Below are positions 15,028 through 21,558 of a stretch of DNA of 21,558 bases, piece by piece. Below the pieces are notes generated by a model. The model was not told the DNA's origin and made no database searches. It saw only the letters and a list, made by a program, of their open reading frames with translations. The DNA comes from an uncultured archaeon (lineage in GTDB: Archaea; Iainarchaeota; Iainarchaeia; Iainarchaeales; CSSED10-239). The stretch lies in NCBI GenBank assembly GCA_964496765.1, contig CAZCAP010000013.1, forward strand, positions 1-21,558, read 5' to 3'. Position 1 is the stretch's first letter. Every line of letters begins with the position of its first letter. The translations under genes were made by a program, and so were the position numbers.

Positions 15028-15798
15028 ATGCAAATTAATAAAAATGAAGTGCTAAAGATAACAAAAGAAAAGATAAAAGAGGAATTAACATCCCCTGATC
15101 AGAAAATCATAGCATTATCTTTGCTTTCAGAGAAAATACCAAATAATCTTAATGAATTATTCGAAGCACTAAGAATAATTACTGATCTTGAATATCCTAT
15201 GCTTGATTCTATTCTATCCATTAAAGAATATTGTTTAGTTTATAATCTAGAGGAAATAAATGATAAAAGTCTTGAAAAAGTTGGATTGGATAAAAAAAGA
15301 ATTAACCAAATCACGACTATTGTAGATTCTGAAGTTGGAATTAAATTAACAGATAAGGAAAGAAAATTAACTAAATCCCTTTCAAGCAATATACTTAACC
15401 TAATTGAAATTAAAGAAGCATTAGCAAAGGATATTGAAAAAATATTAGTGGAAACCTACCCTTGTTTTACAAAGATTGCAAGCCCACAAATAGCAACAAA
15501 AATGCTAACTATTGCAGGTGGGGTATCAAGGCTTTCAAGATTTCCAGCATCAACAATTCAACTTCTTGGATCAGAGAAATCTTTTTTTAAAGCTCTTGCC
15601 CAAAACAAGAACACTCCTAAGTATGGGGTTCTTTTCAATCATCCGCTTATTATTTCTCTTCCTGCTAAGCAGAAAGGAAAGATTGCAAGAATAATTGCAT
15701 CTAAGATAGTTATTGCAATCAAGTCTGATCTTGCTGGAAAAGATATATCTAAAGAACTTCTTGAAAAAATAAATTATAAAATTAAAAATACAAAGTGA
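15028..15798 (+). CDS. nop5: Nop5 (Nop56/58)-family C/D-box RNP core protein, short form (NOSIC + NOP domains only)
   Basis: IAGGVSRLSRFPASTIQLLGSEKSFFKAL, TPKYGVLFNHPLI and KGKIARIIASKIVIAIKSD are the hallmark NOP-domain motifs. At 256 aa, the PASTIQ motif is already at about residue 173. Same operon as fibrillarin. Confidence 0.85.
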   Translation: MQINKNEVLKITKEKIKEELTSPDQKIIALSLLSEKIPNNLNELFEALRIITDLEYPMLDSILSIKEYCLVYNLEEINDKSLEKVGLDKKRINQITTIVDSEVGIKLTDKERKLTKSLSSNILNLIEIKEALAKDIEKILVETYPCFTKIASPQIATKMLTIAGGVSRLSRFPASTIQLLGSEKSFFKALAQNKNTPKYGVLFNHPLIISLPAKQKGKIARIIASKIVIAIKSDLAGKDISKELLEKINYKIKNTK

Positions 15799-15802
15799 TT
15801 AT

Positions 15803-16597
15803 ATGGGAAAAATAGCAAATCCTAGATCCAAACCAAAAAAGTTTGGAATGGAAAGAGTACAGCAAAAAATAATCAATAGAAAATTAAAAAATCCAGATAT
15901 TAATAAACGTCAACAAGCAAAACTATTAAATTGTGAGTTCACTGAAAAATTTGCTGGAGGAAGTGATCCAAGAAAATATTCAAGAGGTAGAGGATATCAG
16001 GAATATAATCACATGATTCAATTTCTTAGCCAGAGTTCAGAGTTCAAAACAAAAAGTATATTACATATGCTTGCAGAATATTCGAAGACTCATCATAAAA
16101 AAGTTATAAAGATTCTTGATGAGGGTGCAGGGAGAGGAGCCTTCCTAACAGGATTAAAGGACATGTGGGGAACATTTAAAAAGATTGAAGGCGTCAACTC
16201 AAAACTCGAAACAACTGCAATAGTTCTTGATGTGGAAGATTTAAAACGAACAAAAATAGATCACGCATATGGGGGAGATGTAAATGGATATGTTCCTAAA
16301 GAAAAATTTGATTTCATATTTTCTGTTTTTGGAGGTTTTACATATACAACTCCTAAATTACAAAGAGAAGTTCTACTAAAGCACCTTTATTCTCTTGAAA
16401 AAGGAGGCTATGGCTTTTTTGGATTTTCTTCAGAACACAAAAAAGAATATACTGATATTTTTGTTAGAAAACTAGAAAAAATAGGATTTAAAGCAGAATA
16501 TAAAGATTATAATAATAATCAGCATAAAGAAACAAGAGCAAAATTTATTGAAGAAAACCTACCACGACAATATTTAATTGTTAAAAGAATAAAATAA
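15803..16597 (+). CDS. Class I SAM-dependent methyltransferase with a Lys/Arg-rich N-terminal extension, inserted between nop5 and flpA
   Basis: 264 aa. Motif I ILDEGAGRGAFLTGL, acidic beta-2 end VLDVED, GGDVNGYVP, motif IV-like FDFIFSVFGGF, LEKGGYGFF. N-terminal about 60 aa: MGKIANPRSKPKKFGMERVQQKIINRKLKNPDINKRQQAK. It starts 4 nt after the nop5 stop and ends 8 nt before the flpA start. Confidence 0.7.
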   Translation: MGKIANPRSKPKKFGMERVQQKIINRKLKNPDINKRQQAKLLNCEFTEKFAGGSDPRKYSRGRGYQEYNHMIQFLSQSSEFKTKSILHMLAEYSKTHHKKVIKILDEGAGRGAFLTGLKDMWGTFKKIEGVNSKLETTAIVLDVEDLKRTKIDHAYGGDVNGYVPKEKFDFIFSVFGGFTYTTPKLQREVLLKHLYSLEKGGYGFFGFSSEHKKEYTDIFVRKLEKIGFKAEYKDYNNNQHKETRAKFIEENLPRQYLIVKRIK

Positions 16598-16605
16598 GAT
16601 AAAAT

Positions 16606-17217
16606 ATGAATACAATAAAAAATTTAATTATTAAAGATGGAATGATTGGAACCATTGATCTAAATTCAGGAGAAAAAAGGACATGGGATCCTAATCACTC
16701 AAAGATTGCTGCTGGAATTAAGAAAGGCATTAAAGAACTACCAATTAATGAAAATTCAAATATTCTTTATCTTGGAGCAGCAGAGGGATATACAATATCT
16801 TATATTTCAGATATTGCATCCAATGGATTAGTTGTTGGAACTGACATTTCTGCACATTCCATGCAAAAGCTTTATCTTCTATCCCTTGAAAGAAAGAATC
16901 TTATTCCTTTTTTGGGAGATTCTAATAAACCGGAAGAATTTGAAGATATTTTTGGAAAAGAAAAGTTTGATTTAATTATTCAAGATATTGCTCAAAAGAA
17001 TCAAGTAGAAATATTAGTTAAAAATTCAAATCTTTTTTTAAAGGAAAAAGGATATGTTCTATTAAGTTTAAAACTATCAGCACTAACGCAAAAGAAGGAT
17101 TCAAATCTAAAAGAAGATCAACTAGAGTTATTTAGAAAACATTTTAACATAGTAGATCAAAGGAAGCTAGATCCATTTGAAAAGAAACACATGCTCCTGC
17201 TTGGACAAAAAAAATAA
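16606..17217 (+). CDS. flpA: Fibrillarin-like rRNA/tRNA 2'-O-methyltransferase
   Basis: 203 aa. WDPNHSKIAAGI, ILYLGAAEGYTISYISDI (canonical GAASGTT reads GAAEGYT here), IIQDIAQKNQVEIL, LDPFEKKHMLLLG. Confidence 0.9.
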   Translation: MNTIKNLIIKDGMIGTIDLNSGEKRTWDPNHSKIAAGIKKGIKELPINENSNILYLGAAEGYTISYISDIASNGLVVGTDISAHSMQKLYLLSLERKNLIPFLGDSNKPEEFEDIFGKEKFDLIIQDIAQKNQVEILVKNSNLFLKEKGYVLLSLKLSALTQKKDSNLKEDQLELFRKHFNIVDQRKLDPFEKKHMLLLGQKK

Positions 17218-17224
17218 TTTAAGT

Positions 17225-17410
17225 TTATCTGGTTCTAAAATAATTTTCTATAGTCCTATCATATGTTTTTTCTGCTGTTTTTGTAAAATAACAAGCAGGA
17301 AGTTCATTATTCTTTCTATGATAGGCAATACATTCACAACAAATTCCTTTTCTTTCACAGCGGTAGGTGCAGGGACAATCTTTTAGATTAACTTCTTTTT
17401 TACAATCCAT
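17225..17410 (-). CDS. Cys-rich mini-protein (DUF6485-like)
   Basis: 61 aa with 8 Cys: [40 protein letters not shown]. This pattern matches what I recall of the DUF6485 family (C.C.….C.R.G.CCEC..YHR…ELPACYF). It starts 15 nt after the CaCA gene stop. Confidence 0.6.
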   Translation of the reverse strand: MDCKKEVNLKDCPCTYRCERKGICCECIAYHRKNNELPACYFTKTAEKTYDRTIENYFRTR

Positions 17411-17425
17411 ATCTAATCATTTAAA

Positions 17426-18355
17426 TCAAATTAAGATAAATACCACATATGCAACAAATATTGCATAAAAAATTATGAAAGTAATTCCTTCAGCAAAGGA
17501 TATTTTCCTATCTTGTATGAAAAGAATAAATAGAATAGTTGCAATTACTAATACCATAATTCCAATGAAAATTGTGCTTGGGATTATTATTGCCCCAAAT
17601 AAAGAAGATATACCAATAATTCCAAGGATATTAAATATGTTTGAACCAATTATATTTCCTATTGCAATATCTGGTTTTTTGTGCATTGCAGCCCTAATTG
17701 AAACTGTTAGTTCTGGAAGAGAAGTTCCAATTGCAATAAATAATACAGCAATTATTTCTTTACCTACCCCAAACAAATCTGATAGTTTTATTACTGACTT
17801 AATAAGATACTCTGCACTTAAATAAATTACACCCATGGATATTAGTAATAAAAATATGGTTTTATACAATTTTATATCTGGCCTTTTTATGGTTTTGGAA
17901 TAGTTTTTTTTACGAATTGTATAAATTATAAAATAAATAAATAAAGCTAACAATAATATTGTTTCAATAATTCCAATGGAACCATTAAAAGAACAAATAA
18001 TCAATAAAGTAATAGATCCAATTAAAAATAACACTTCAGAATATAATCTTTTTGTTACCTTCATCTCTCCAACATATAATACAGTGATACCTAGAATCAA
18101 AAGAATATTTGCTATATTCGATCCAACAACCGTTCCAATCACGATTTCTGAAGAATTGTTTAAGACCGCAATAATAGAAGTAATTAATTCTGGAAGCGAA
18201 GTTCCAACACTAACAATTAATAATCCAATAATAAATGAAGGTAATCCAAAATGAGAACCAATCTTTTCTGCATAGCTAATAAAATAATCAGAAGATTTAA
18301 CTAAAAAAAATAAGGATAATAAAAATATAATAATCCAAAAGATAATCAAGAGCAT
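17426..18355 (-). CDS. Ca2+/cation antiporter (CaCA family, YrbG/NCX-like)
   Basis: 309 aa, about 10 TM helices. Two alpha-repeat signatures: VSVGTSLPELITSIIA and IAIGTSLPELTVSIRA, each followed by GSNI(A/F)NIL. Confidence 0.9.
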   Translation of the reverse strand: MLLIIFWIIIFLLSLFFLVKSSDYFISYAEKIGSHFGLPSFIIGLLIVSVGTSLPELITSIIAVLNNSSEIVIGTVVGSNIANILLILGITVLYVGEMKVTKRLYSEVLFLIGSITLLIICSFNGSIGIIETILLLALFIYFIIYTIRKKNYSKTIKRPDIKLYKTIFLLLISMGVIYLSAEYLIKSVIKLSDLFGVGKEIIAVLFIAIGTSLPELTVSIRAAMHKKPDIAIGNIIGSNIFNILGIIGISSLFGAIIIPSTIFIGIMVLVIATILFILFIQDRKISFAEGITFIIFYAIFVAYVVFILI

Positions 18356-18359
18356 TAGA

Positions 18360-19055
18360 TCACTTGAAATATACTTTTGTAATTACTACATTATCAACTG
18401 GCCAGTCCTGATATATGCCTAACTTTGTTGAAGTGGAACTATTTTCAATAGCATAGACAACATCCATTCCAGAAATTACTTTTCCAAATACCGCATATCC
18501 TGGATTAGCAGAGCTTGTGTAATCTAAAAATTTATTATCAACCACATTTATAAAAAATTGACTGGTTGCTGAATTTGGATCATTTGTTCTTGCCATTGCA
18601 ATTGTTCCAGTTAGATTACTTAAACCATTATTTGATTCAATTGCAATTGGGGCCATTACGTCCTTTTGAACTCCATCACCAGTAAATCCTCCACCCTGAA
18701 TCATAAAACCTTTAATTACTCTATGAAACACAGTATTTTCATAGAATCCACCAGAAACATAACTTTTAAAGTTGTTTACAGTAATTGGTGCTTTAGTTGA
18801 ATCAAGTTCAATTTCAATATCTCCTTTTGTTGTAGAAATCACAACAATTGGATTCGCATTTTGATTATCCATATTTACATCCTTTTTAATTATTTGTGCT
18901 GCAGTAACATACCCACTTATTGGGGATGTACCTATATTGGTATCCGTATCCACATTTGTATTTTTGGTTGTGTTTGAATTAACAACAAGCACTAATACAA
19001 AAATTACTATAATTAATCCAACTATTGATAAAATTGGGACCATATATCTTTTCAT
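18360..19055 (-). CDS. Cyclophilin-type peptidyl-prolyl cis-trans isomerase with an N-terminal membrane anchor
   Basis: N-terminal TM VPILSIVGLIIVIFVLVLVV plus a T/N-rich linker. Then FHRVIKGFMIQGGGF, GTIAMARTNDPNSATSQFFINV and YAVFGKVISGMDVV. Confidence 0.92.
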   Translation of the reverse strand: MKRYMVPILSIVGLIIVIFVLVLVVNSNTTKNTNVDTDTNIGTSPISGYVTAAQIIKKDVNMDNQNANPIVVISTTKGDIEIELDSTKAPITVNNFKSYVSGGFYENTVFHRVIKGFMIQGGGFTGDGVQKDVMAPIAIESNNGLSNLTGTIAMARTNDPNSATSQFFINVVDNKFLDYTSSANPGYAVFGKVISGMDVVYAIENSSTSTKLGIYQDWPVDNVVITKVYFK

Positions 19056-19189
19056 AAACTTATCACCATTGTATATATAATATTATAATAGATTAAATTT
19101 AAATAATATTGTATAATTAAAAAAAGAATTATAGAAGAAAAGATGAATATTCATCTAATCCTCCAAATGTATCAGATTAAATTTGTGAT

Positions 19190-19300
19190 TTAAAAGTCAT
19201 CTTCTGCATCAGATTCTTCTTCAGAATCTTCAAAATCAGAATAATCATCATCATCATCGTAAACTTCATCTGTTGGTTTTTTATTAAATTCTTGTGGCAT
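19190..19300 (-). CDS. Candidate hyper-acidic mini-protein (36 aa), below the ORF-track cutoff
   Basis: My own translation: MPQEFNKKPTDEVYDDDDDYSDFEDSEEESDAEDDF, with 18 of 36 residues D/E. Strong SD aggaga 6 nt upstream of the ATG. Same strand as, and upstream of, the cyclophilin-CaCA operon. Confidence 0.35.
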   Translation of the reverse strand: MPQEFNKKPTDEVYDDDDDYSDFEDSEEESDAEDDF

Positions 19301-19457
19301 AATAATTCTCCTACCATTTCTTAAAAAATTCTTTTATGTATTCTTATATTTTAGAACACTTTATAATAAAATAATTAAAGAACCAGTTAACCTTTTAAAG
19401 ATTGTGTTTTTTAGAGGAAGTGGGACCTAATATATAAAGGTTTGGATTAAACAGGAT

Positions 19458-20057
19458 TTAAAGTAATTGAAGAATAATATCATATGTGATAGCATCCTCT
19501 TTATAAGAAAGATGCACCCCCACCTTGTTTCCTTCTTTAAGAGTTATTACTTGTAGATTATATTTGTTTACAAAATTTAAAATCAGAGATAATGGATGAT
19601 TATACTTATTTACACCATACTTTTCATATACCATTTTACCGGTTGCTGAATAAGATAACAAGATATAACCCTTTTTTTTAAGAGAAGAAGTAGCTTTTTT
19701 AAAAAGTAAATCAAGTTCATCTACAGTTAGATATTGAATTAGTCTAGCCATTATAATTATATCATATTTTGAAGTAAAAGAATAATCAAGACAAGATATT
19801 TTCTTGAAATTAACTAAAGATAGTAGCTCTTTTGGAATTTCTTTTAAAAAATCAAGATCAACAATATCTATTGCATCTACAAAGCACCCTTTTTTTGCAA
19901 AGTAGATTGTATTTCTTCCATTTCCACAACCAATATCAAGAACGTTACCTGATTTTGGGAAGAAATTTTCAGCTAGTTTAATTACTTCGCTTGGTTTTTC
20001 TGTATCTACTAAAAAACCATTAGAATATGCTTTTTCCCAGTCATTCATAATAATCAT
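19458..20057 (-). CDS. Class I SAM-dependent methyltransferase (TehB-like)
   Basis: 199 aa. Motif I VLDIGCGNGRNTIYFAKKG followed by VDAIDI (acidic beta-2 end), YDIIIMARLIQYL, LKKKGYILL. Confidence 0.8.
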   Translation of the reverse strand: MIIMNDWEKAYSNGFLVDTEKPSEVIKLAENFFPKSGNVLDIGCGNGRNTIYFAKKGCFVDAIDIVDLDFLKEIPKELLSLVNFKKISCLDYSFTSKYDIIIMARLIQYLTVDELDLLFKKATSSLKKKGYILLSYSATGKMVYEKYGVNKYNHPLSLILNFVNKYNLQVITLKEGNKVGVHLSYKEDAITYDIILQLL

Positions 20058-20122
20058 TTTTTAACTATATAAGTCATAGTGGGCTTAGTAGTTAGAAGTA
20101 AAAACCCTTAATTTAGATTTTG

Positions 20123-20140
20123 TTTAACAGTTAACTGTTA
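20123..20140. promoter_or_regulatory. Perfect 18-bp palindrome between the ATPase stop and the methyltransferase start
   Basis: ttaacagttaactgttaa (9/9 pairs checked by hand). It lies 38 nt downstream of the ATPase stop and 66 nt upstream of the methyltransferase ATG, so it is either a hairpin terminator or an operator. Confidence 0.35.
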
Positions 20141-20177
20141 ACTCCTGATACGATTAGACTAAAAGTTAAACACAAAA

Positions 20178-21440
20178 TCACTCTAATAACCATTTCCATA
20201 TAGGAATATATTTAATTATTTTATTATCTATTTTTTCTTCTTTTTCTAAATCTTTTGTTATTATTATCCCTTCCTTAAGCTTAAATTCATTTAATCCTGA
20301 AAGTAATCCTTTTATTTCTCTTTTTTTAGTTTTTGAATTAATTAAATCATAAGTTACTTGTATTAAAGAGGTAACTTTATCCTTTTCAGTTATTAAAAAA
20401 TCAACTTCAGAATCTAATTTATCTTTCCAAAAATATACATTTTTATTTCTTCTTTTTAATTCAATAAAAACTAAATTTTCATATAATCTACCTATATTTT
20501 CCGAAAAATTAAAAGAAATCTTATTTATCAAACCAGTGTCTATACAATATATCTTTTTTGAATAAGTATCTTGTTTTTTTAAAGAATAATCATATTTAGT
20601 TAATTCAAATAACAAATATGTGTTTGTTAAATAAGACACATATTTTATAGCAGTATGAGTACTACCTAAATTAAAATTATTCTTTAAAGAAGTGTATGAA
20701 AATTCTCTTCCAAAATTAGATATTAAAAATAAAGTCATTTTTTTAAATTCAATTTCTTCTTTTATATCATATCTGTTAAAAATATCTGTATTTATTACAT
20801 CTTGATAGATATTACCTAATATATTTGTAGTTTTGTAAACTATTACTTCTGGAAAGCCACCTTGCTTTATATAATTATTAAAATATTTAATAACTTCTGC
20901 TTTACCAGAAGTTGATTTATAATTTTTATTAAAATGATTATACCCTAAATATTCTTTAAACGAAAATGGGTATATCATTATATCAAAATGTCTACCAGTT
21001 AAATAAGTAGATATTTCTTTACTTAATAAGTCAGCATTAGAACCTGTTATAAAGAATCTTTTCCCTTCAGAATATAATCTATTTACAAATCTATTCCAAT
21101 CATACTTTTTCCCTTGTAATTCATCAAAATAAAAAACATCTTTATCTCCAAAATGTTCTAAGAATATTTCATATAATAATTGGAAATCAATTGTTTTGAA
21201 ATCAACTAATCTTTCATCAGAAAAATCTAAATAATAAAAATCAGAATTATAATATTTATGCATCCATTGTAATAAAAAGGTTGATTTACCACTTCTTCTG
21301 TGACCAGTCACAACTATGTTTATTTTATGTTTTATTAAATCAGATAATTCAGCAAGTTTGTCCCTTGAATATCCTTCTTTCATTTTAGACAATCTTTCTT
21401 GTTGATCTAAAACTATTTGCTCTAAATATTGTTTTTCCAT
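20178..21440 (-). CDS. AAA_14 / DUF4143-family ATPase
   Basis: Walker A VVTGHRRSGKST, Walker B VFYFDELQ, and a C-terminal region typical of DUF4143 proteins (YENLVFIELKRR, EVDFLI). The ORF is open to 21488, but MEKQYLEQIV (ATG 21438-21440) gives the usual family N-terminus. Confidence 0.85.
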   Translation of the reverse strand: MEKQYLEQIVLDQQERLSKMKEGYSRDKLAELSDLIKHKINIVVTGHRRSGKSTFLLQWMHKYYNSDFYYLDFSDERLVDFKTIDFQLLYEIFLEHFGDKDVFYFDELQGKKYDWNRFVNRLYSEGKRFFITGSNADLLSKEISTYLTGRHFDIMIYPFSFKEYLGYNHFNKNYKSTSGKAEVIKYFNNYIKQGGFPEVIVYKTTNILGNIYQDVINTDIFNRYDIKEEIEFKKMTLFLISNFGREFSYTSLKNNFNLGSTHTAIKYVSYLTNTYLLFELTKYDYSLKKQDTYSKKIYCIDTGLINKISFNFSENIGRLYENLVFIELKRRNKNVYFWKDKLDSEVDFLITEKDKVTSLIQVTYDLINSKTKKREIKGLLSGLNEFKLKEGIIITKDLEKEEKIDNKIIKYIPIWKWLLE

Positions 21441-21483
21441 ATTATATATAGGAATAGATATGTTTTTAAATGTGAGTTTCAAA

Positions 21484-21508
21484 TGCACAAATATCGATAT
21501 TTTGTGCA
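21484..21508. promoter_or_regulatory. Near-perfect 25-bp dyad upstream of the ATPase gene
   Basis: tgcacaaatatcgatattttgtgca has a perfect 14-bp core, aaatatcgatattt (21489-21502). The arms tgcac/gtgca are offset by one extra T. It lies about 45-70 nt upstream of the preferred ATPase start. Confidence 0.3.
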
Positions 21509-21558
21509 GTTAGCTCTAAATATGTTTTAACCAAAAAAGGTTAGAAGCCCTTGGTGGG

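Noticed and set aside
15512-15694. 60-aa ORF in an alternative frame within nop5.
   Set aside because: It overlaps the most conserved NOP-domain segment of nop5, so it is a frame artefact.
17177-18254. ORFs 17177..17386(+), 17475..17825(+) and 17976..18254(+).
   Set aside because: The first runs off the end of flpA and lies antisense to the Cys-rich mini-gene. The other two are antisense to the CaCA antiporter gene, whose GTSLPEL repeats fix the true frame.
19083-19155. 23-codon minus-strand ORF (MNIHLFFYNSFFNYTILFKFNLL) preceded by ggagga, overlapping a perfect 14-bp palindrome gatgaatattcatc (19142-19155).
   Set aside because: It is too short and too low in complexity to support as coding. 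The SD-like ggagga and the palindrome may instead belong to the 5' leader or promoter of the cyclophilin gene, and I could not decide between the two.
1993-20177. Search of all intergenic spacers for C/D-box sRNAs (RUGAUGA … CUGA), CRISPR repeats, rRNA fragments, and IS/transposase or integrase genes.
   Set aside because: I saw no TGATGA/CTGA pairs with appropriate spacing in spacers, no regularly spaced repeats, and no recombinase-like ORFs. This negative result comes from inspection by eye only, and a covariance-model scan could still find small RNAs.
20091-21552. Possible direct repeats flanking the ATPase gene: GTTAGAAG-taaaa-CCCTT (20091-20108) versus GTTAGAAGCCCTT (21540-21552). A TAGAAGGCC-like word also occurs on the minus strand at the window start (about 11-19).
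   Set aside because: An 8-mer plus a gapped 5-mer match is within chance expectation for a 21-kb window. There is no integrase or tRNA target to make an att-site interpretation credible.

Overview
This is a visibly AT-rich, tightly packed chromosomal fragment from an archaeon. The archaeal/eukaryal-only markers are ribosomal proteins L15e and L35Ae, a Nop5-fibrillarin C/D-box RNP operon and RNase HII. Short genes, tiny or negative intergenic spacers and many orphan membrane proteins suggest a reduced, DPANN-like genome; that placement is inference. I support about 28 protein genes and one tRNA-Val(GAC). I found no CRISPR array, integrase, transposase or rRNA.

Recognisable content, in order:
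- Gpt-like purine phosphoribosyltransferase
- rpl15e
- ThiS-like mini-protein followed by a TtuA/NcsA-type tRNA 2-thiolation enzyme
- TVP38/DedA-like membrane protein
- tRNA-Val
- GH3-family ligase followed by an M14/DUF2817-like zinc hydrolase
- membrane metallophosphoesterase, GT2 glycosyltransferase and GtrA (surface glycan module)
- rnhB operon
- rpl35ae
- nop5, an extra SAM methyltransferase, then flpA
- membrane-anchored cyclophilin, CaCA antiporter and a Cys-rich mini-protein
- TehB-like methyltransferase
- AAA_14/DUF4143 ATPase

The candidates I rank highest for a second look:
1. The C/D-RNP operon. Nop5 appears to lack its fibrillarin-binding N-terminal domain, and an uncharacterised basic-tailed class I methyltransferase sits between nop5 and flpA.
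2. A ThiS/TtuB-like beta-grasp ORF that lacks the C-terminal Gly-Gly. It is separated from the in-frame ttuA-like gene by a single TAA.
3. A GH3 ligase / M14-like amidase gene pair.
4. A HerA/VirB4-like protein with no Walker A motif.

All functional calls rest on motif recognition by eye. No database search was run.
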